Shown: positions 19,050-29,731, counted from the first letter of the stretch. The stretch: DNA of 64,000 bases from an uncultured Candidatus Saccharibacteria bacterium (GCA_964493895.1 CAZBPY010000002.1:131351-195350); one strand, 5' to 3'. Notes: generated from the sequence alone by a model not told the origin. Translations and numbers: made by a program.

Positions 19050-20189
19050 ATGAGCAGCGATTTCGACCAAGATGCTTTGGACAAGCACAAAAAATTGCGC
19101 GGTAAAATCAGTCTTCGCCTAAAAGACGATCTAAATAGCCAGGAAAAAATGAGCCTTTATTACACCCCTGGAGTAGCGGCTGTTTCCAGGCATTTGGCTA
19201 AACACTCTGAACAAGCTCGCGACTACACCTGGACTAATAATGTGGTGGCAGTGGTTAGTGACGGATCGGCCGTTTTGGGTCTTGGTGATATTGGCCCAGC
19301 TGGTGCTCTGCCAGTTATGGAGGGTAAAGCCATGTTATTTAAACACTTTGCTGGCGTTGATGCCGTGCCAATTGTTCTGGATGTCCACACCCCTGATGAA
19401 ATAGTTGCCGCTGTTAAGGCCATCTCACCAAGTTTCGGTGGTATAAACCTGGAAGATATTGCGGCTCCGCAATGTTTTGAGATTGAGGAGCGCTTAAAAG
19501 CTGAACTTAATATCCCGGTCTTTCACGATGATCAGCACGGCACGGCCATTGTAGTGTTGGCGGGGTTAATAAATGCCATGAAGTTAACCGGCCGCCAATT
19601 AAATGATTCTAAAATCGTAGTCGTCGGAGCCGGCGCCGCCGGCACAGCCGTCATTAAGTTGCTTCATGATTATGCTCAGCCAAATATTCTAGCCGTTGAC
19701 AGCAAGGGTATCATTTCGTCTGACCGAACTGATCTGAATGTACAGAAGAAAAAGCTGCTAGAGCTAACCAATCCCGAAGGTCAGAGTGGCCGCCTGGAGG
19801 ACGCCCTTCAGGGCGCTGATGTTTTCATCGGGGTGTCCCGCGCCGGCCTGCTAACACCAGAGATGATTGAAACCATGGCCAAGGATCCGATAATTTTCGC
19901 CATGGCCAATCCGGATCCGGAGATTCTGCCGGATGAGGCCAAGCAGGCCGGCGCCGCCATAGTCGCCACCGGCCGCAGCGACTTCCCAAATCAAGTCAAC
20001 AATGCTATCGCTTTTCCGGGAATCTTCCGCGGTGCGTTGGATAACCAAGTCAAGAACATTACCGATCAGCATAAAATTGCTGTCGCTGAAGCCATCGCCA
20101 CTCTGGTTGACAAGCCTAGTGCCAATGAGATTATTCCCTCAGTTCAAGATGAACGCTTAGTGCCAACAATAGCCAAAGTTACTATTTAA
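19050..20189 (+). CDS. NAD(P)-dependent malic enzyme (short, single-module type)
   Basis: LSLYYTPGVA, GDIGPAGALPVMEGKA, a dinucleotide fold VVVGAGAAGTA, and ANPDPEI. Confidence 0.88.
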   Translation: MSSDFDQDALDKHKKLRGKISLRLKDDLNSQEKMSLYYTPGVAAVSRHLAKHSEQARDYTWTNNVVAVVSDGSAVLGLGDIGPAGALPVMEGKAMLFKHFAGVDAVPIVLDVHTPDEIVAAVKAISPSFGGINLEDIAAPQCFEIEERLKAELNIPVFHDDQHGTAIVVLAGLINAMKLTGRQLNDSKIVVVGAGAAGTAVIKLLHDYAQPNILAVDSKGIISSDRTDLNVQKKKLLELTNPEGQSGRLEDALQGADVFIGVSRAGLLTPEMIETMAKDPIIFAMANPDPEILPDEAKQAGAAIVATGRSDFPNQVNNAIAFPGIFRGALDNQVKNITDQHKIAVAEAIATLVDKPSANEIIPSVQDERLVPTIAKVTI

Positions 20190-20568
20190 AATCAGTGGGA
20201 TCAGCGCCGCGAATTGCTGTGAATATTTGATTGGCTTCATAGTCTGTGATTGGTATAAGTCGGCTTGGGTCCAAATTACTAATCCCTATAGAATTGTCTC
20301 TGAATGTAAGTTGTTTAGCCCGCTCGATCTCGTCATTACTAAGAGCACGTGTATGCTCTTCAAGGCAGACCGGACACTCTCTAACAGTGATCACCATGCC
20401 AACAATCATAGAGCCACCACGGGACGCCTGTCCATCACCATATACAGGCTCTATGCCATACTGGGTGGTAACCGCCTCAATCTTAGATGAATGTATGCTG
20501 GCTGGACCATCCTTATCGCAGTCAAACTCGAAAAACGGATTTGTCTTAGGCATCTGTTCTGCACTCAT
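20182..20568 (-). CDS. hypothetical protein (orphan; CPVC...H knuckle)
   Basis: ORF track. It has its own TGgTATAAT box 6 nt upstream of the ATG. No recognisable family. Confidence 0.5.
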   Translation of the reverse strand: MSAEQMPKTNPFFEFDCDKDGPASIHSSKIEAVTTQYGIEPVYGDGQASRGGSMIVGMVITVRECPVCLEEHTRALSNDEIERAKQLTFRDNSIGISNLDPSRLIPITDYEANQIFTAIRGADPTDFK

Positions 20569-20574
20569 AATTGT

Positions 20575-20583
20575 ATTATACCA
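20575..20583 (-). promoter_or_regulatory. extended -10 box TGgTATAAT, 6 nt upstream of ATG 20568 (leaderless)
   Basis: The minus strand reads ctgTGgTATAATacaattATG. Confidence 0.5.
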
Positions 20584-20624
20584 CAGTTGTCAAGTTTAAG
20601 CAATAGCAATATGATTGGCCGATG

Positions 20625-22229
20625 TTAGCCAAGAACTCGCAGCACCTCTTCTAGGGTTGTTTCACCGGCACAGACTTTGAGTATGGCGTTTTGCTTCATA
20701 GTCATCATGCCGGACTTGACGGCGGCAGCTTCGATATCATCGGTGCTGGTAGCTAAATTGCCGGCTTGAAGCAGTTTTTGTATCTCGCCGGACATTTGAA
20801 ATTGCTCGCGAACAGCGATCTGGCCGCGGTAACCATATGGGTTCTCGGCTGACTTACCAGGTTTAAAGAACTTAAAGTCATCAAGTTTAGGCTTATCGGC
20901 ACTTTCAGGCAAGGTCGCTAGAACGTCCTGTATAACCTTCAGTTCGGCCCCGTCGGGATTATATGGTTGCTTGCTGGCATCATCCAGCCGACGCACTAGG
21001 CGCTGAGCCATAACCAGGCGAATGGCCGAAACGAATAATGGATTCGAACCAATAACATCCATTAATCGCGTTAGGGCTGCGGCTGCCGAACTGGCGTGGA
21101 AAGTTGACAGCACCAAGTGACCAGTTAACGAGGCCTGCAATGCCGTCCGGGCCGTGTCCATATCTCGAATCTCACCAACCATGACGATATCGGGGTCTAG
21201 GCGCAAAACTGCCCGCAATTTTTCAGCAAAATTTAACTCTTGGCTACTTTTGGATGTCACCGAAATCTGAGTAATTCCACCAAACTGATACTCCACGGGG
21301 TCTTCAATGGTGATAATTTTCCGCTCTTCATTATTAAGCGAATTGAGCATTGAATAAAGAGTGGTGGTTTTTCCCGATCCAGTCGGACCAACTGCTAGCA
21401 CTAAACCGGTTGGCTTGGCAATGATCTCGTCAATAACCTTGCGCTCCTTAGGGTCAAGGCCCAGCCGGTCCAGCTGGTACATATCTTGACGCATGTTAAA
21501 TAGCCTCATTACCACATCCATGCCATTAATAGTCGGCACTGTTTCGATACGCAAGTTGACATCGACCTGGCTGCCATCGGCCATCTGGACTTTTTGCGAG
21601 ATGTGCCCTTGCTGGGCATCATCGGCGGCAGTTGAAATGTTACCGGCACTGGCGATAGCTGAGATCAAAATCCGAGTCTTTTCAATCGACAACTTGGCGA
21701 TCGGGTGCAGCACACCGTCAATCCTAAACCGGATCCGAGTATAACCACGCTCAGATTCAATGTGAATATCGCTAGCCGCCAAACGGTGAGCCTGCTGAAC
21801 AAGATAGGCCAGCATATCGTTGGCTTTAACCTGCTCGAGCGTCCTGGAAACCTGATCAACCAGTTCGTCTGATCCGGCCGTAGTTAGCTCAATATCCTGG
21901 TAAACCACCTGCTTTGGCGGATCATAAAGCCGCATGTACTCGCGATAGCCTGCATCTGATATCAGTCCAAAGCTAATTCGTTGGTCCAAGAACCTCTGCC
22001 GCAATGAGGTCATCGTCTGTTGGGAAGTTGTGTTGGTGACGCCAAACTGGATAGTGCTGCGATCGGCTCGAATCGGAATGACTTTCAACTCGTAGAGTTC
22101 CGGGACTGACAATATGTCTTTATAAATCTGTTTGTTGCCTGGAGCCGAGGTATCGATATAGGGCAAGCCCAAAATACTGGCTCGCTTTAGGGTGGCTTGT
22201 TCCTCGTCGCGGCGGGCATCTTGGCTCAT
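20625..22229 (-). CDS. pilB: GspE/PilB-family type IV pilus assembly ATPase
   Basis: T2SSE N-terminal domain, Walker A GPTGSGKTTTLYS, Asp box, Walker B IVMVGEIRD, and His box. SD AGGGAGGG lies upstream. Confidence 0.9.
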   Translation of the reverse strand: MSQDARRDEEQATLKRASILGLPYIDTSAPGNKQIYKDILSVPELYELKVIPIRADRSTIQFGVTNTTSQQTMTSLRQRFLDQRISFGLISDAGYREYMRLYDPPKQVVYQDIELTTAGSDELVDQVSRTLEQVKANDMLAYLVQQAHRLAASDIHIESERGYTRIRFRIDGVLHPIAKLSIEKTRILISAIASAGNISTAADDAQQGHISQKVQMADGSQVDVNLRIETVPTINGMDVVMRLFNMRQDMYQLDRLGLDPKERKVIDEIIAKPTGLVLAVGPTGSGKTTTLYSMLNSLNNEERKIITIEDPVEYQFGGITQISVTSKSSQELNFAEKLRAVLRLDPDIVMVGEIRDMDTARTALQASLTGHLVLSTFHASSAAAALTRLMDVIGSNPLFVSAIRLVMAQRLVRRLDDASKQPYNPDGAELKVIQDVLATLPESADKPKLDDFKFFKPGKSAENPYGYRGQIAVREQFQMSGEIQKLLQAGNLATSTDDIEAAAVKSGMMTMKQNAILKVCAGETTLEEVLRVLG

Positions 22230-22318
22230 CTAAGCAAGCCCTCCCTGATGTACCAAAATTCGCATACCCCTATTTAAGCATAACCGCCGCCGGTTTGACC
22301 AGTTAGTTGTACTTGCCC

Positions 22319-22327
22319 TGTTATAGT
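22319..22327 (+). promoter_or_regulatory. extended -10 box TGtTATAGT, 6 nt upstream of ATG 22334 (leaderless)
   Basis: Sequence ccTGtTATAGTaaaagcATGtca. Confidence 0.5.
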
Positions 22328-22333
22328 AAAAGC

Positions 22334-22834
22334 ATGTCAAAACTTGTCATCATCGCTCATGATATCCGCAGCAGCCATAATGTCGGAGCCTTGCTGCGAA
22401 CAGCCGACGGCTTTGGGGCAAGAGTGTATTTGACAGGTTACACTCCTTATCCTGAAACCAAACATGACCGGCGGCTGCCTCACATTGTCGATCGTCTGAC
22501 AGCTCAGATTCACAAAACTGCTCTGGGAGCCGAAAAAGACACAAAACTTTGGGCTCATCATCAGGACATAAGTGAACTCCTCGAAGATCTGCTTGATGAT
22601 GAGTTTGAAATTGTAGGTTTAGAGCAAGCTGCTGGAGCCATAAAACTACCGGATTACCAGCCAGTTGACAAAGTGGCCATATTACTGGGCCGTGAGGTGG
22701 AAGGGATTGCCCCGGAACTCTTAGCTCAATGCCATAAAGTGATCGAAATACCGATGCGTGGTCGTAAGGAATCATTTAATGTCGTCCAGGCGGCCGCTGT
22801 GGCTCTATATCATTGCACGTTTTACCCATTTTAG
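22334..22834 (+). CDS. TrmH/SpoU-family RNA 2'-O-methyltransferase
   Basis: SHNVGALLRTADGFG, LLGREVEGI and IPMRGRKESFNVVQAAAVALY (SPOUT motifs). The track start at 22307 is over-extended. Confidence 0.88.
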   Translation: MSKLVIIAHDIRSSHNVGALLRTADGFGARVYLTGYTPYPETKHDRRLPHIVDRLTAQIHKTALGAEKDTKLWAHHQDISELLEDLLDDEFEIVGLEQAAGAIKLPDYQPVDKVAILLGREVEGIAPELLAQCHKVIEIPMRGRKESFNVVQAAAVALYHCTFYPF

Positions 22835-22848
22835 GGTAGAATATGCTT

Positions 22849-23784
22849 ATGCCTGGTTCGCACAGGGCGAAATCCAAAAAACACAAAACGAGAAATCACT
22901 CAAACTTACGCCCAAAACAAAGACACTCTCGTGACTTTTTAAAGGTCTATTATCCTTATTTACCGCTGGCAGTGATTACTTTAATGATTTTATCGATAGT
23001 TCAGCCGTGGCAAGCCCTGCTACAGCGGAGCCAGGATGTCCTGCCCTATGCCACGCAGATGAGCCTTGAGGGCTTGATAGAAGAAACTAATGAGCGGCGA
23101 ACAGCTAGCCAACAATCGCCTCTGCAGCACAATGAACAATTGTCTAAGGCAGCTCAAATCAAGGCTCAAGATATGGTCGAGCGCAATTATTGGTCACACA
23201 ACACTCCTGACGGCAATGCTCCGTGGGAGTTTATCAATAACGCTGGTTATTCCTACAAGAAGGCCGGCGAGAATCTGGCTTACGGTTTTACTGATGAAGA
23301 TGGCGTAATAGCTGGTTGGATGAATAGCCCAAGCCACCGAGCCAATATGCTTGACGGCGGCTATCAAGAGGTTGGCTTTGGATTTGCCAACGCCGCAGAT
23401 TACCTTGGAAAAGGGCCATCCACCATTGTGGTCGCAATGTACGGACAGCCTTCTAGCGCTGCAGACACGGTAGTCACTTCAGTGGCGGAGCCAACCGTTG
23501 TCCGGGGAGCTTACAACACCTTAGGTTTAGCCGGTGAGCCGGAAGACACCGCTATCAGCCGTATGCAGGCTTGGTTGCATCTACCGATGTGGGTTAATTA
23601 TGTGGCAGCAGCCTTTGCCGGTGGTTTGATTGTCTACCTTATCCTAAAGCACAGCCGATCTCTGAAGCGGGCCTTTGCCAAAGGAGAGCGCTTCGTCCTG
23701 CACCATCCTTTGCTTGACATAACTCTAGTGGCTGTAGTTGTACTAGTAGCCCTAGTCAGTCAACAGACGGGCATTATCCGATAA
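22849..23784 (+). CDS. CAP/SCP (YkwD-like) domain membrane protein
   Basis: One N-terminal TM helix. The CAP core is NERR...YWSHNTPDG...GENLAYGF...GWMNSPSHRANML...EVGFG. Two C-terminal TM helices follow. Confidence 0.8.
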   Translation: MPGSHRAKSKKHKTRNHSNLRPKQRHSRDFLKVYYPYLPLAVITLMILSIVQPWQALLQRSQDVLPYATQMSLEGLIEETNERRTASQQSPLQHNEQLSKAAQIKAQDMVERNYWSHNTPDGNAPWEFINNAGYSYKKAGENLAYGFTDEDGVIAGWMNSPSHRANMLDGGYQEVGFGFANAADYLGKGPSTIVVAMYGQPSSAADTVVTSVAEPTVVRGAYNTLGLAGEPEDTAISRMQAWLHLPMWVNYVAAAFAGGLIVYLILKHSRSLKRAFAKGERFVLHHPLLDITLVAVVVLVALVSQQTGIIR

Positions 23785-23804
23785 GTATCGGTGAAGTAAA
23801 AGAC

Positions 23805-26800
23805 CTATTGCAGTTTAAGATTGTTGTCGCCGACCAACTCTTTGAGGGTGTTTATGGTCGTTGTAACAGCTTTGACTCTAGACGGCAGACGTATAACTTG
23901 TTTGTCCGGTCCGACCACTAAAACGACCTCTGTTTCGCCGCTGTTATCCTCTATAGCTTTTTTGAGGTTTAACAATAGTTCTTGATCGTTAGAATCGACT
24001 ACTCGAACAAACAATCGATTCTCTTTGGCCAAAGCTTTCTTTTTAGCAGCAGCCGCCTTCTGGCTGGGTTTTGGCGGTTTTGGTTTACGACCAGTTGCTT
24101 GATAAGCTGAGGCCTGTTCGTAAGTCACCTCCCGGGCTTCATCGGCCAAAATTTTTATATCACCGGTAACATTTCCGTCCTTATCTTGAGCCGAAACTTT
24201 GCCCTTTACGATAACCACCTTGTCCTGATCCCAAATACCAATTGTCTGCTGATAAATGCTTGGGAAAAGGACGATCTCCAGTTCGTGTTGATCATCGGAA
24301 ACCGTCACAAAAGCCATTTTTGATCCATTGCGAGTAGTAATTTCCCGAAAGGCTGTAACTATACCTCCGATAGTGGCAACCCGGTTGTGGTGATCACTGG
24401 TCAAAGACGTTAGTGCGATGGCCTGCTCGCTTAGTAGGGCTCTAAAGTCTTCCAGGGGGTGTTGGGATAGATAGACACCGAGAAGTTCGCGTTCCCACTG
24501 CAACTGCTGGCGCGGCGAAATCGGTTCGACACCATCGTCAAGGCGCAAAGCCGGCTTAGAATGATGGGCCAAATCATCCTGGGTACCAAACAAGTCGGCC
24601 TGGCCGGACATCTCGTCTTTATGAATCTTGGCCCCAAAGGCCACCAGCACATCGATATTAGATAACAGCTTAGTGCGCGAATCTAGGTTGTCGAAAGCTC
24701 CTGCCTTAATTAGAGCCTCGATAGTCTTACGATTAACTATTCGCGGATTGACGTGAACGAAGAAGTCCTCCAGAGATTTAAAACCGCCCGCCTCTTCCCT
24801 GGCTCGCAAAATTTCCTCGGCTGCAGCTGTACCAACATTCTTGATAGCATTCAGACCAAATCGAATATCCTTCGTATCTGGAACCACGGCAAATTCCAGG
24901 AAAGACTGATTGATATCTGGAGGCAAAACCTCGATACCCATTGTCTGACACTCTTTAATTTCAATCGCCAAACGGTCAGTGTCATCATAATCGCTAGTCA
25001 TTAGTGCCGCCATAAAGGCCGCTGGATAATGAGCCTTGAGGTAAGCTGTCTGATATGCAATCAAACCATAGCAAGCGGCGTGAGATTTGTTGAAACAGTA
25101 GTTAGCGAACTCCTCCAGTTGATCCCAAAATTGCTCCATTAGCTTACGGTCGGCCTTGGAATGTTGGACGGCGCCTTCGACAAACTCTGGCTTGACTTTT
25201 TGCATCATTGACATAATTTTCTTACCGACTGCTTTTCGCAAGGTGTCAGCCTGACCACCGGTAAAGCCGGCCAGGTCTTTAGAAATTTGCATAAATTGCT
25301 CTTGATAAACTAGCACGCCGTAAGTGCTGGACAGGGCATCCTCCATTTTGGGATGCAGGTACTTAATTTTTTCACGACCGTGTTTACGACGAATAAACTG
25401 ATCAATAAACTGCATGGGGCCCGGGCGATACAGGGCCACCATGGCAATGATATCTTCAAACACGGTCGGTTTTAACTCTTTCAGGTAGCGTTTCATGCCG
25501 GCCGATTCCAGCTGGAACACACCGGTGGTATCGCCGCGCTGGAACAGCTCGTAAGTTTTTTTGTCATCCAAGGAAATGTTGTTAATATCAATGTCTTTGC
25601 CGTGAACCTTTCTGACAATCCTCAGAGCATTTTTAATAATCGTCAGGTTGGACAGGCCCAAGAAGTCCATTTTAAGCAGGCCGAGCTCCTCGATCGGTCC
25701 CATCGAATATTGAGTCGAAACCACACCCTTTTGAGCCATCTCCAGGGGTGCAAACTTGACAATGTCATCCGGAGCAATCACCACGCCGGCGGCATGGACG
25801 CCGTGACTACGAATAGTGCCCTCTAAGCGAATGGCCAAATCAAACACTCTTTTGGAGCCTTGATTGGATTCATATTCACGTTTTAAGTCCGGGTCATCTT
25901 CTAGGCTGGTGGCCAGCGGGATGTGGCGCCCCTGGACTGGCGGCGGGATCATCTTGGCCAGGCGGTCGGCCTCGGCGTAGGGCACCTGCAGCACCCGTGC
26001 CACATCCCGCACGGCGTTCCTCGCCGCCATCGTGCCGAAGGTCACGATGTTGGCCACCCGATCCGAGCCATATTTGTCAACACAATATTGAATTACCTCA
26101 TCTCGCCGAGTGTCCTGAATGTCAATGTCGATATCCGGCATAGAAATACGATCGGGATTTAGGAACCGCTCAAACAGCAAGTCGTACTTGATCGGATCAA
26201 TCTCAGTAATTTTTAGAGCATAGGAAATAATTGAACCAGCTGCCGAACCGCGCCCCGGGCCAAATACTATGCCTTTATCTTTGCCCCAGTTAATAAAGTC
26301 CGAGATGATCAAAAAATAGCCACTAAAGCCCATGCTTTCGATAACATCAAGTTCGTATTTGGCCCGCTCTAGTAAATCTTTGGACAGGGTCTTTTTAGCG
26401 CTGGCAATGGTCATCTTATTGGCCGTGGCTTCAGTCTTGCCGCCGTATCTCCATGCCAAACCGCGATAGACCAATTTCTCCAACAGTGACTTCTCGGTCT
26501 CGCCTTTCGGCGTTGGGAACTTCGGAATCAGAATTTTGCCAAGCTCGATGTTGACACTGCAACGTTCAGCTATGATACTGGAGTTTTTAATTAGATCAGG
26601 GTACTTATCCCCCCAACGCTCAATAATTTTCCGGGGATCTTCAACATGTAAATCGAAATCGGCCAAGCTCATCCGCTTTTCATCAGACAAAAACGAACCA
26701 GTTTGAACGCACAGCAATATCTCGTGAGCTTCTTGATCTTCATGGTGCAAATAGTGGGCATCACTGGTCACAACGGCCTCTATACCCAGTTCCTTGCCCA

Positions 26801-27416
26801 GTTTCAGCAACTGCTTGTTGACATCGGTCTGCTCTGGCCAGGTCGAAGGATGATCCGGATGGCCGTGGTCTTGTAGCTCTAGATAATAGCGATCCCCGAA
26901 AACCGACTGGTACCACTTGGCAATTTCCTTAGCTTTGGACATTTGATTCTGTCTCAATGCATCCCCCAGCTCACTACCAATACAACCGCTCAGTACTATC
27001 AAGCCTTGGTTGTATTTCTCTAGCAAGTCTCGATCAATCCGCGGCCGATAGTAAAAGCCGTCTAGATTAGCAATCGTACTCAATCGCATCATATTTTGAT
27101 ACCCTTGGTTGTCCATGGCCAACAGCGTCAGGTGATAATTCAGCTTATCTTTGGCCGGATCCTTGTCCAGGTGCCCGCGAGCCGCTACATAAGTTTCCAT
27201 GCCGATTATCGGCTTGATTTCGTTGTTGATGCCTTGCTTATAGAATTCAATGGCGCCAGAAAGCGTGCCATGATCGGTCACTGCCACCGATGTCATGCCC
27301 ATGGCCTTAACCCGATCCATCAGGGCCGGAATCTTGGTCAGCCCATCAAGCAGGCTATACTGAGTGTGGTTGTGCAGGTGCACAAAGTCTGAAACTGACA
27401 GTGGCGTTTCAGCCAT
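23805..27416 (-). CDS. dnaE: DNA polymerase III subunit alpha
   Basis: PHP domain FVHLHNHTQYSLLDG, polymerase core (GPGRGSAAGS, PDIDIDI), HhH, and OB fold. SD GGAGGG lies upstream. Confidence 0.95.
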   Translation of the reverse strand: MAETPLSVSDFVHLHNHTQYSLLDGLTKIPALMDRVKAMGMTSVAVTDHGTLSGAIEFYKQGINNEIKPIIGMETYVAARGHLDKDPAKDKLNYHLTLLAMDNQGYQNMMRLSTIANLDGFYYRPRIDRDLLEKYNQGLIVLSGCIGSELGDALRQNQMSKAKEIAKWYQSVFGDRYYLELQDHGHPDHPSTWPEQTDVNKQLLKLGKELGIEAVVTSDAHYLHHEDQEAHEILLCVQTGSFLSDEKRMSLADFDLHVEDPRKIIERWGDKYPDLIKNSSIIAERCSVNIELGKILIPKFPTPKGETEKSLLEKLVYRGLAWRYGGKTEATANKMTIASAKKTLSKDLLERAKYELDVIESMGFSGYFLIISDFINWGKDKGIVFGPGRGSAAGSIISYALKITEIDPIKYDLLFERFLNPDRISMPDIDIDIQDTRRDEVIQYCVDKYGSDRVANIVTFGTMAARNAVRDVARVLQVPYAEADRLAKMIPPPVQGRHIPLATSLEDDPDLKREYESNQGSKRVFDLAIRLEGTIRSHGVHAAGVVIAPDDIVKFAPLEMAQKGVVSTQYSMGPIEELGLLKMDFLGLSNLTIIKNALRIVRKVHGKDIDINNISLDDKKTYELFQRGDTTGVFQLESAGMKRYLKELKPTVFEDIIAMVALYRPGPMQFIDQFIRRKHGREKIKYLHPKMEDALSSTYGVLVYQEQFMQISKDLAGFTGGQADTLRKAVGKKIMSMMQKVKPEFVEGAVQHSKADRKLMEQFWDQLEEFANYCFNKSHAACYGLIAYQTAYLKAHYPAAFMAALMTSDYDDTDRLAIEIKECQTMGIEVLPPDINQSFLEFAVVPDTKDIRFGLNAIKNVGTAAAEEILRAREEAGGFKSLEDFFVHVNPRIVNRKTIEALIKAGAFDNLDSRTKLLSNIDVLVAFGAKIHKDEMSGQADLFGTQDDLAHHSKPALRLDDGVEPISPRQQLQWERELLGVYLSQHPLEDFRALLSEQAIALTSLTSDHHNRVATIGGIVTAFREITTRNGSKMAFVTVSDDQHELEIVLFPSIYQQTIGIWDQDKVVIVKGKVSAQDKDGNVTGDIKILADEAREVTYEQASAYQATGRKPKPPKPSQKAAAAKKKALAKENRLFVRVVDSNDQELLLNLKKAIEDNSGETEVVLVVGPDKQVIRLPSRVKAVTTTINTLKELVGDNNLKLQ

Positions 27417-27457
27417 TTAATTGTCCCTCCGCATGTTTATATTATACCTGTTAAAAC

Positions 27458-27478
27458 AGCCGGCCTGTCCAGCCGGCT
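27458..27478 (-). terminator. intrinsic terminator candidate after the YtxH gene
   Basis: A 7-bp stem AGCCGGC/GCCGGCT with a 7-nt loop, followed on the minus strand by GTTTTAA. Confidence 0.45.
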
Positions 27479-27521
27479 TGTCGTAATATTTACTTTATAT
27501 TATTCGTACGGATTGGTGATG

Positions 27522-27935
27522 TTAGGACTGCTTGAAGTACTTGACCAGATTATCGCGAGCTTTCTTGGCTTCAGCAATGGCCTTTTTTAGTTCCGGCTCG
27601 TCAGTCTCACCGCTTTTTAGTGCGCTAATGACTTCTTTGACTTTTTGCTGAGAAACCTTAGCCTGCTCCATAGCCGTATCCAGGCCAGCCTTAGCCTTAC
27701 CTTTTTGTTCCTTAGCCAGTTTCTGACCCTTTTCCAGCAACTCACCAATCTCAACTGATAATTCTTTGAGTTTCTTCTCGGCATCTCGTTTAAAATTGTT
27801 GGCCGTATTCTTTAAATCTTGTCGGGTTTCTTTGCCGCTTTTGGGAGCCGTCAAAATACCGGTCACAAAGCCAGCCACTCCGGCAACTATTGCTCCTAGG
27901 GCAACCTTTCGTCCTGTGTCACTGTTTTTTGCCAC
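27522..27935 (-). CDS. YtxH-domain protein
   Basis: N-terminal GAIVAGVAGFVTGILTAPKSGKETRQDLK is the YtxH signature. The remainder is Lys/Glu-rich helical sequence. Confidence 0.8.
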   Translation of the reverse strand: MAKNSDTGRKVALGAIVAGVAGFVTGILTAPKSGKETRQDLKNTANNFKRDAEKKLKELSVEIGELLEKGQKLAKEQKGKAKAGLDTAMEQAKVSQQKVKEVISALKSGETDEPELKKAIAEAKKARDNLVKYFKQS

Positions 27936-27937
27936 GA

Positions 27938-28204
27938 TTATTTCCCCTTCTTTTTACTTAGTTCTGCAACTTTACTAACAATGTTGCTGACAAAGCTAGT
28001 TACCGCGACTGGCCCGGCGGTTTTTCGAAAAAAGCCACTAACTGCCTCGACATCATCAACAATTTCTTCAGCCTTAGAGCTAATGGCCCTCAACTGCTTG
28101 ACCAACTTGATCAGGCTGACTGTCAGCACAATTGCTGCTATCAAAAACAGCCCTAGAGCGCTCGAGAGAATTATGACTAAAATATCAAATGAATTCATAA
28201 TCAC
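27938..28204 (-). CDS. DUF948-like small membrane protein
   Basis: A single N-terminal TM helix followed by a helical segment. It lies immediately upstream of the YtxH gene, the pairing seen in Firmicutes (recalled, not searched). Confidence 0.6.
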   Translation of the reverse strand: MIMNSFDILVIILSSALGLFLIAAIVLTVSLIKLVKQLRAISSKAEEIVDDVEAVSGFFRKTAGPVAVTSFVSNIVSKVAELSKKKGK

Positions 28205-28266
28205 ATTCTACTCCGCTTGCAATTGTATCTCAAGATATTACTTAGTGTTGTAAGCATTTTTACTAA

Positions 28267-29730
28267 TTAGTCGACGCGCAGTTGCTTCTTTATCAACTTT
28301 TGAGCCAGAGCCGGATTGGCTTTGCCGCGAGATTCTTTCATGATTTGACCCACTAGAAAGCCCACAGCTTTCGTCTCACCGGCTTTGATGTCCTCAGCAG
28401 CCTTGGGGTTATCAGCAATAACTTTAGCTACAACTTCTTCGATTTCGCTTTCGTCAGATACCTGCAACAGATCACGTTCCTTGGCAATGGTCAGCGGATC
28501 GCCGCCATGCTCGATCAAAACTGCAATAACCGCCTTGGCACTAGTTGAGCTGACCTGACCGGAGTCAGCCATGTTGCACAGCCGCAACCAAGCCTCAGGT
28601 TCCAAAACTGCATCATCCCAAGCAACCTTCTCCTCGCCAACAAGGGCCTGGACATCGCTAGCCAACCAGTTAGCAATCCGTTTGGCTTCTTCAGGTTTGG
28701 CTGACTGCAATATGCCCATCATAAAGCGGCCGGCTGGCATCTCGTCAACTAAAGTCTCGACTACTGAATCATCAAGATTCAATTTAGCTAATTTACCGCG
28801 CAGAACTCCGGGCATAACCGGCATGGATTTCTCGACCTGATTGATAAACTTGTCATCAAGAACAACTGGTGGCAAATCCGGATCCGGGAAATACCTATAG
28901 TCATGGGCATCCTCCTTGGATCTCTGGCTGAAGGTTCGCTGAGTCGCATCTTCCCAACCGCGAGTTTCCTGGACAATTGATTGACCCTTTTCTAGTAGTT
29001 CTATCTGGCGCTTTATTTCGTATTCGACTGCTCCTTGAACGGCCCGGAAAGAGTTTAAGTTTTTGGTTTCAGTGCGGACACCCAGCTGACCGGCTTTACC
29101 GACACTGACATTGACATCGAAACGCATGTTGCCGTAGTACAGATTGGCGTCTGATACATCAGCATAGCGCATCAACAGATAAAGTTCGTGAGCATAGGCT
29201 TTGGCTTCTTCGGCTGAGTGAATATCCGGCTCAGACACAATTTCAAGTAGTGGCGTACCGGCTCGATTTAGATCGACCAGGGTGTAATCAGCTCCGGCGG
29301 GGTGAGTAGACTTTCCGGCATCGGCCTCCAGTTGAACCCGGTTCAATTTGATGTTGCGCTTGCGGCCATCGATTGTGATTTCAACCTCGCCACCGACAAT
29401 AATCGGTTTTTCTAGCTGAGTGATCTGATAGCCCATCGGTAAATCTGGGTAAAAATAGTGTTTTCGTTCAAAATAGCTGTACTTCTGCGGCCTAGTTTTT
29501 AGGGCCAGAGCCGCTCGGGTGGCATATTCAATGGCCGCCTTGTTCAACACCGGCAAAGCCCCAGGCATGCCAAAATCAATATGATTAACCAATGTGTTGG
29601 GAGGAGCCTCCCGGGCATCATTGCCGGATCCAGAAAACAATTTGGTACGAGTTTTTAGTTGGACATGACATTCAATACCTATAGTCGGCAGATAGCCGTC
29701 AATTTGGTATTGGCTGTAGTCCGGGCTCAT
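28267..29730 (-). CDS. gatB: Asp-tRNA(Asn)/Glu-tRNA(Gln) amidotransferase subunit B
   Basis: IGIECHVQLKT, FDVNVSV and a YqeY-like C-terminal tail. Confidence 0.95.
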   Translation of the reverse strand: MSPDYSQYQIDGYLPTIGIECHVQLKTRTKLFSGSGNDAREAPPNTLVNHIDFGMPGALPVLNKAAIEYATRAALALKTRPQKYSYFERKHYFYPDLPMGYQITQLEKPIIVGGEVEITIDGRKRNIKLNRVQLEADAGKSTHPAGADYTLVDLNRAGTPLLEIVSEPDIHSAEEAKAYAHELYLLMRYADVSDANLYYGNMRFDVNVSVGKAGQLGVRTETKNLNSFRAVQGAVEYEIKRQIELLEKGQSIVQETRGWEDATQRTFSQRSKEDAHDYRYFPDPDLPPVVLDDKFINQVEKSMPVMPGVLRGKLAKLNLDDSVVETLVDEMPAGRFMMGILQSAKPEEAKRIANWLASDVQALVGEEKVAWDDAVLEPEAWLRLCNMADSGQVSSTSAKAVIAVLIEHGGDPLTIAKERDLLQVSDESEIEEVVAKVIADNPKAAEDIKAGETKAVGFLVGQIMKESRGKANPALAQKLIKKQLRVD

Positions 29731-29731
29731 C

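Noticed and set aside
27458-27478. The sequence GCCGGC-N7-GCCGGC could be read as a direct repeat or a restriction-modification-like motif cluster.
   Set aside because: GCCGGC is self-complementary. The two copies with their flanking A/T form a simple 7-bp hairpin followed by a T-run on the minus strand, so this is a terminator after the YtxH gene.
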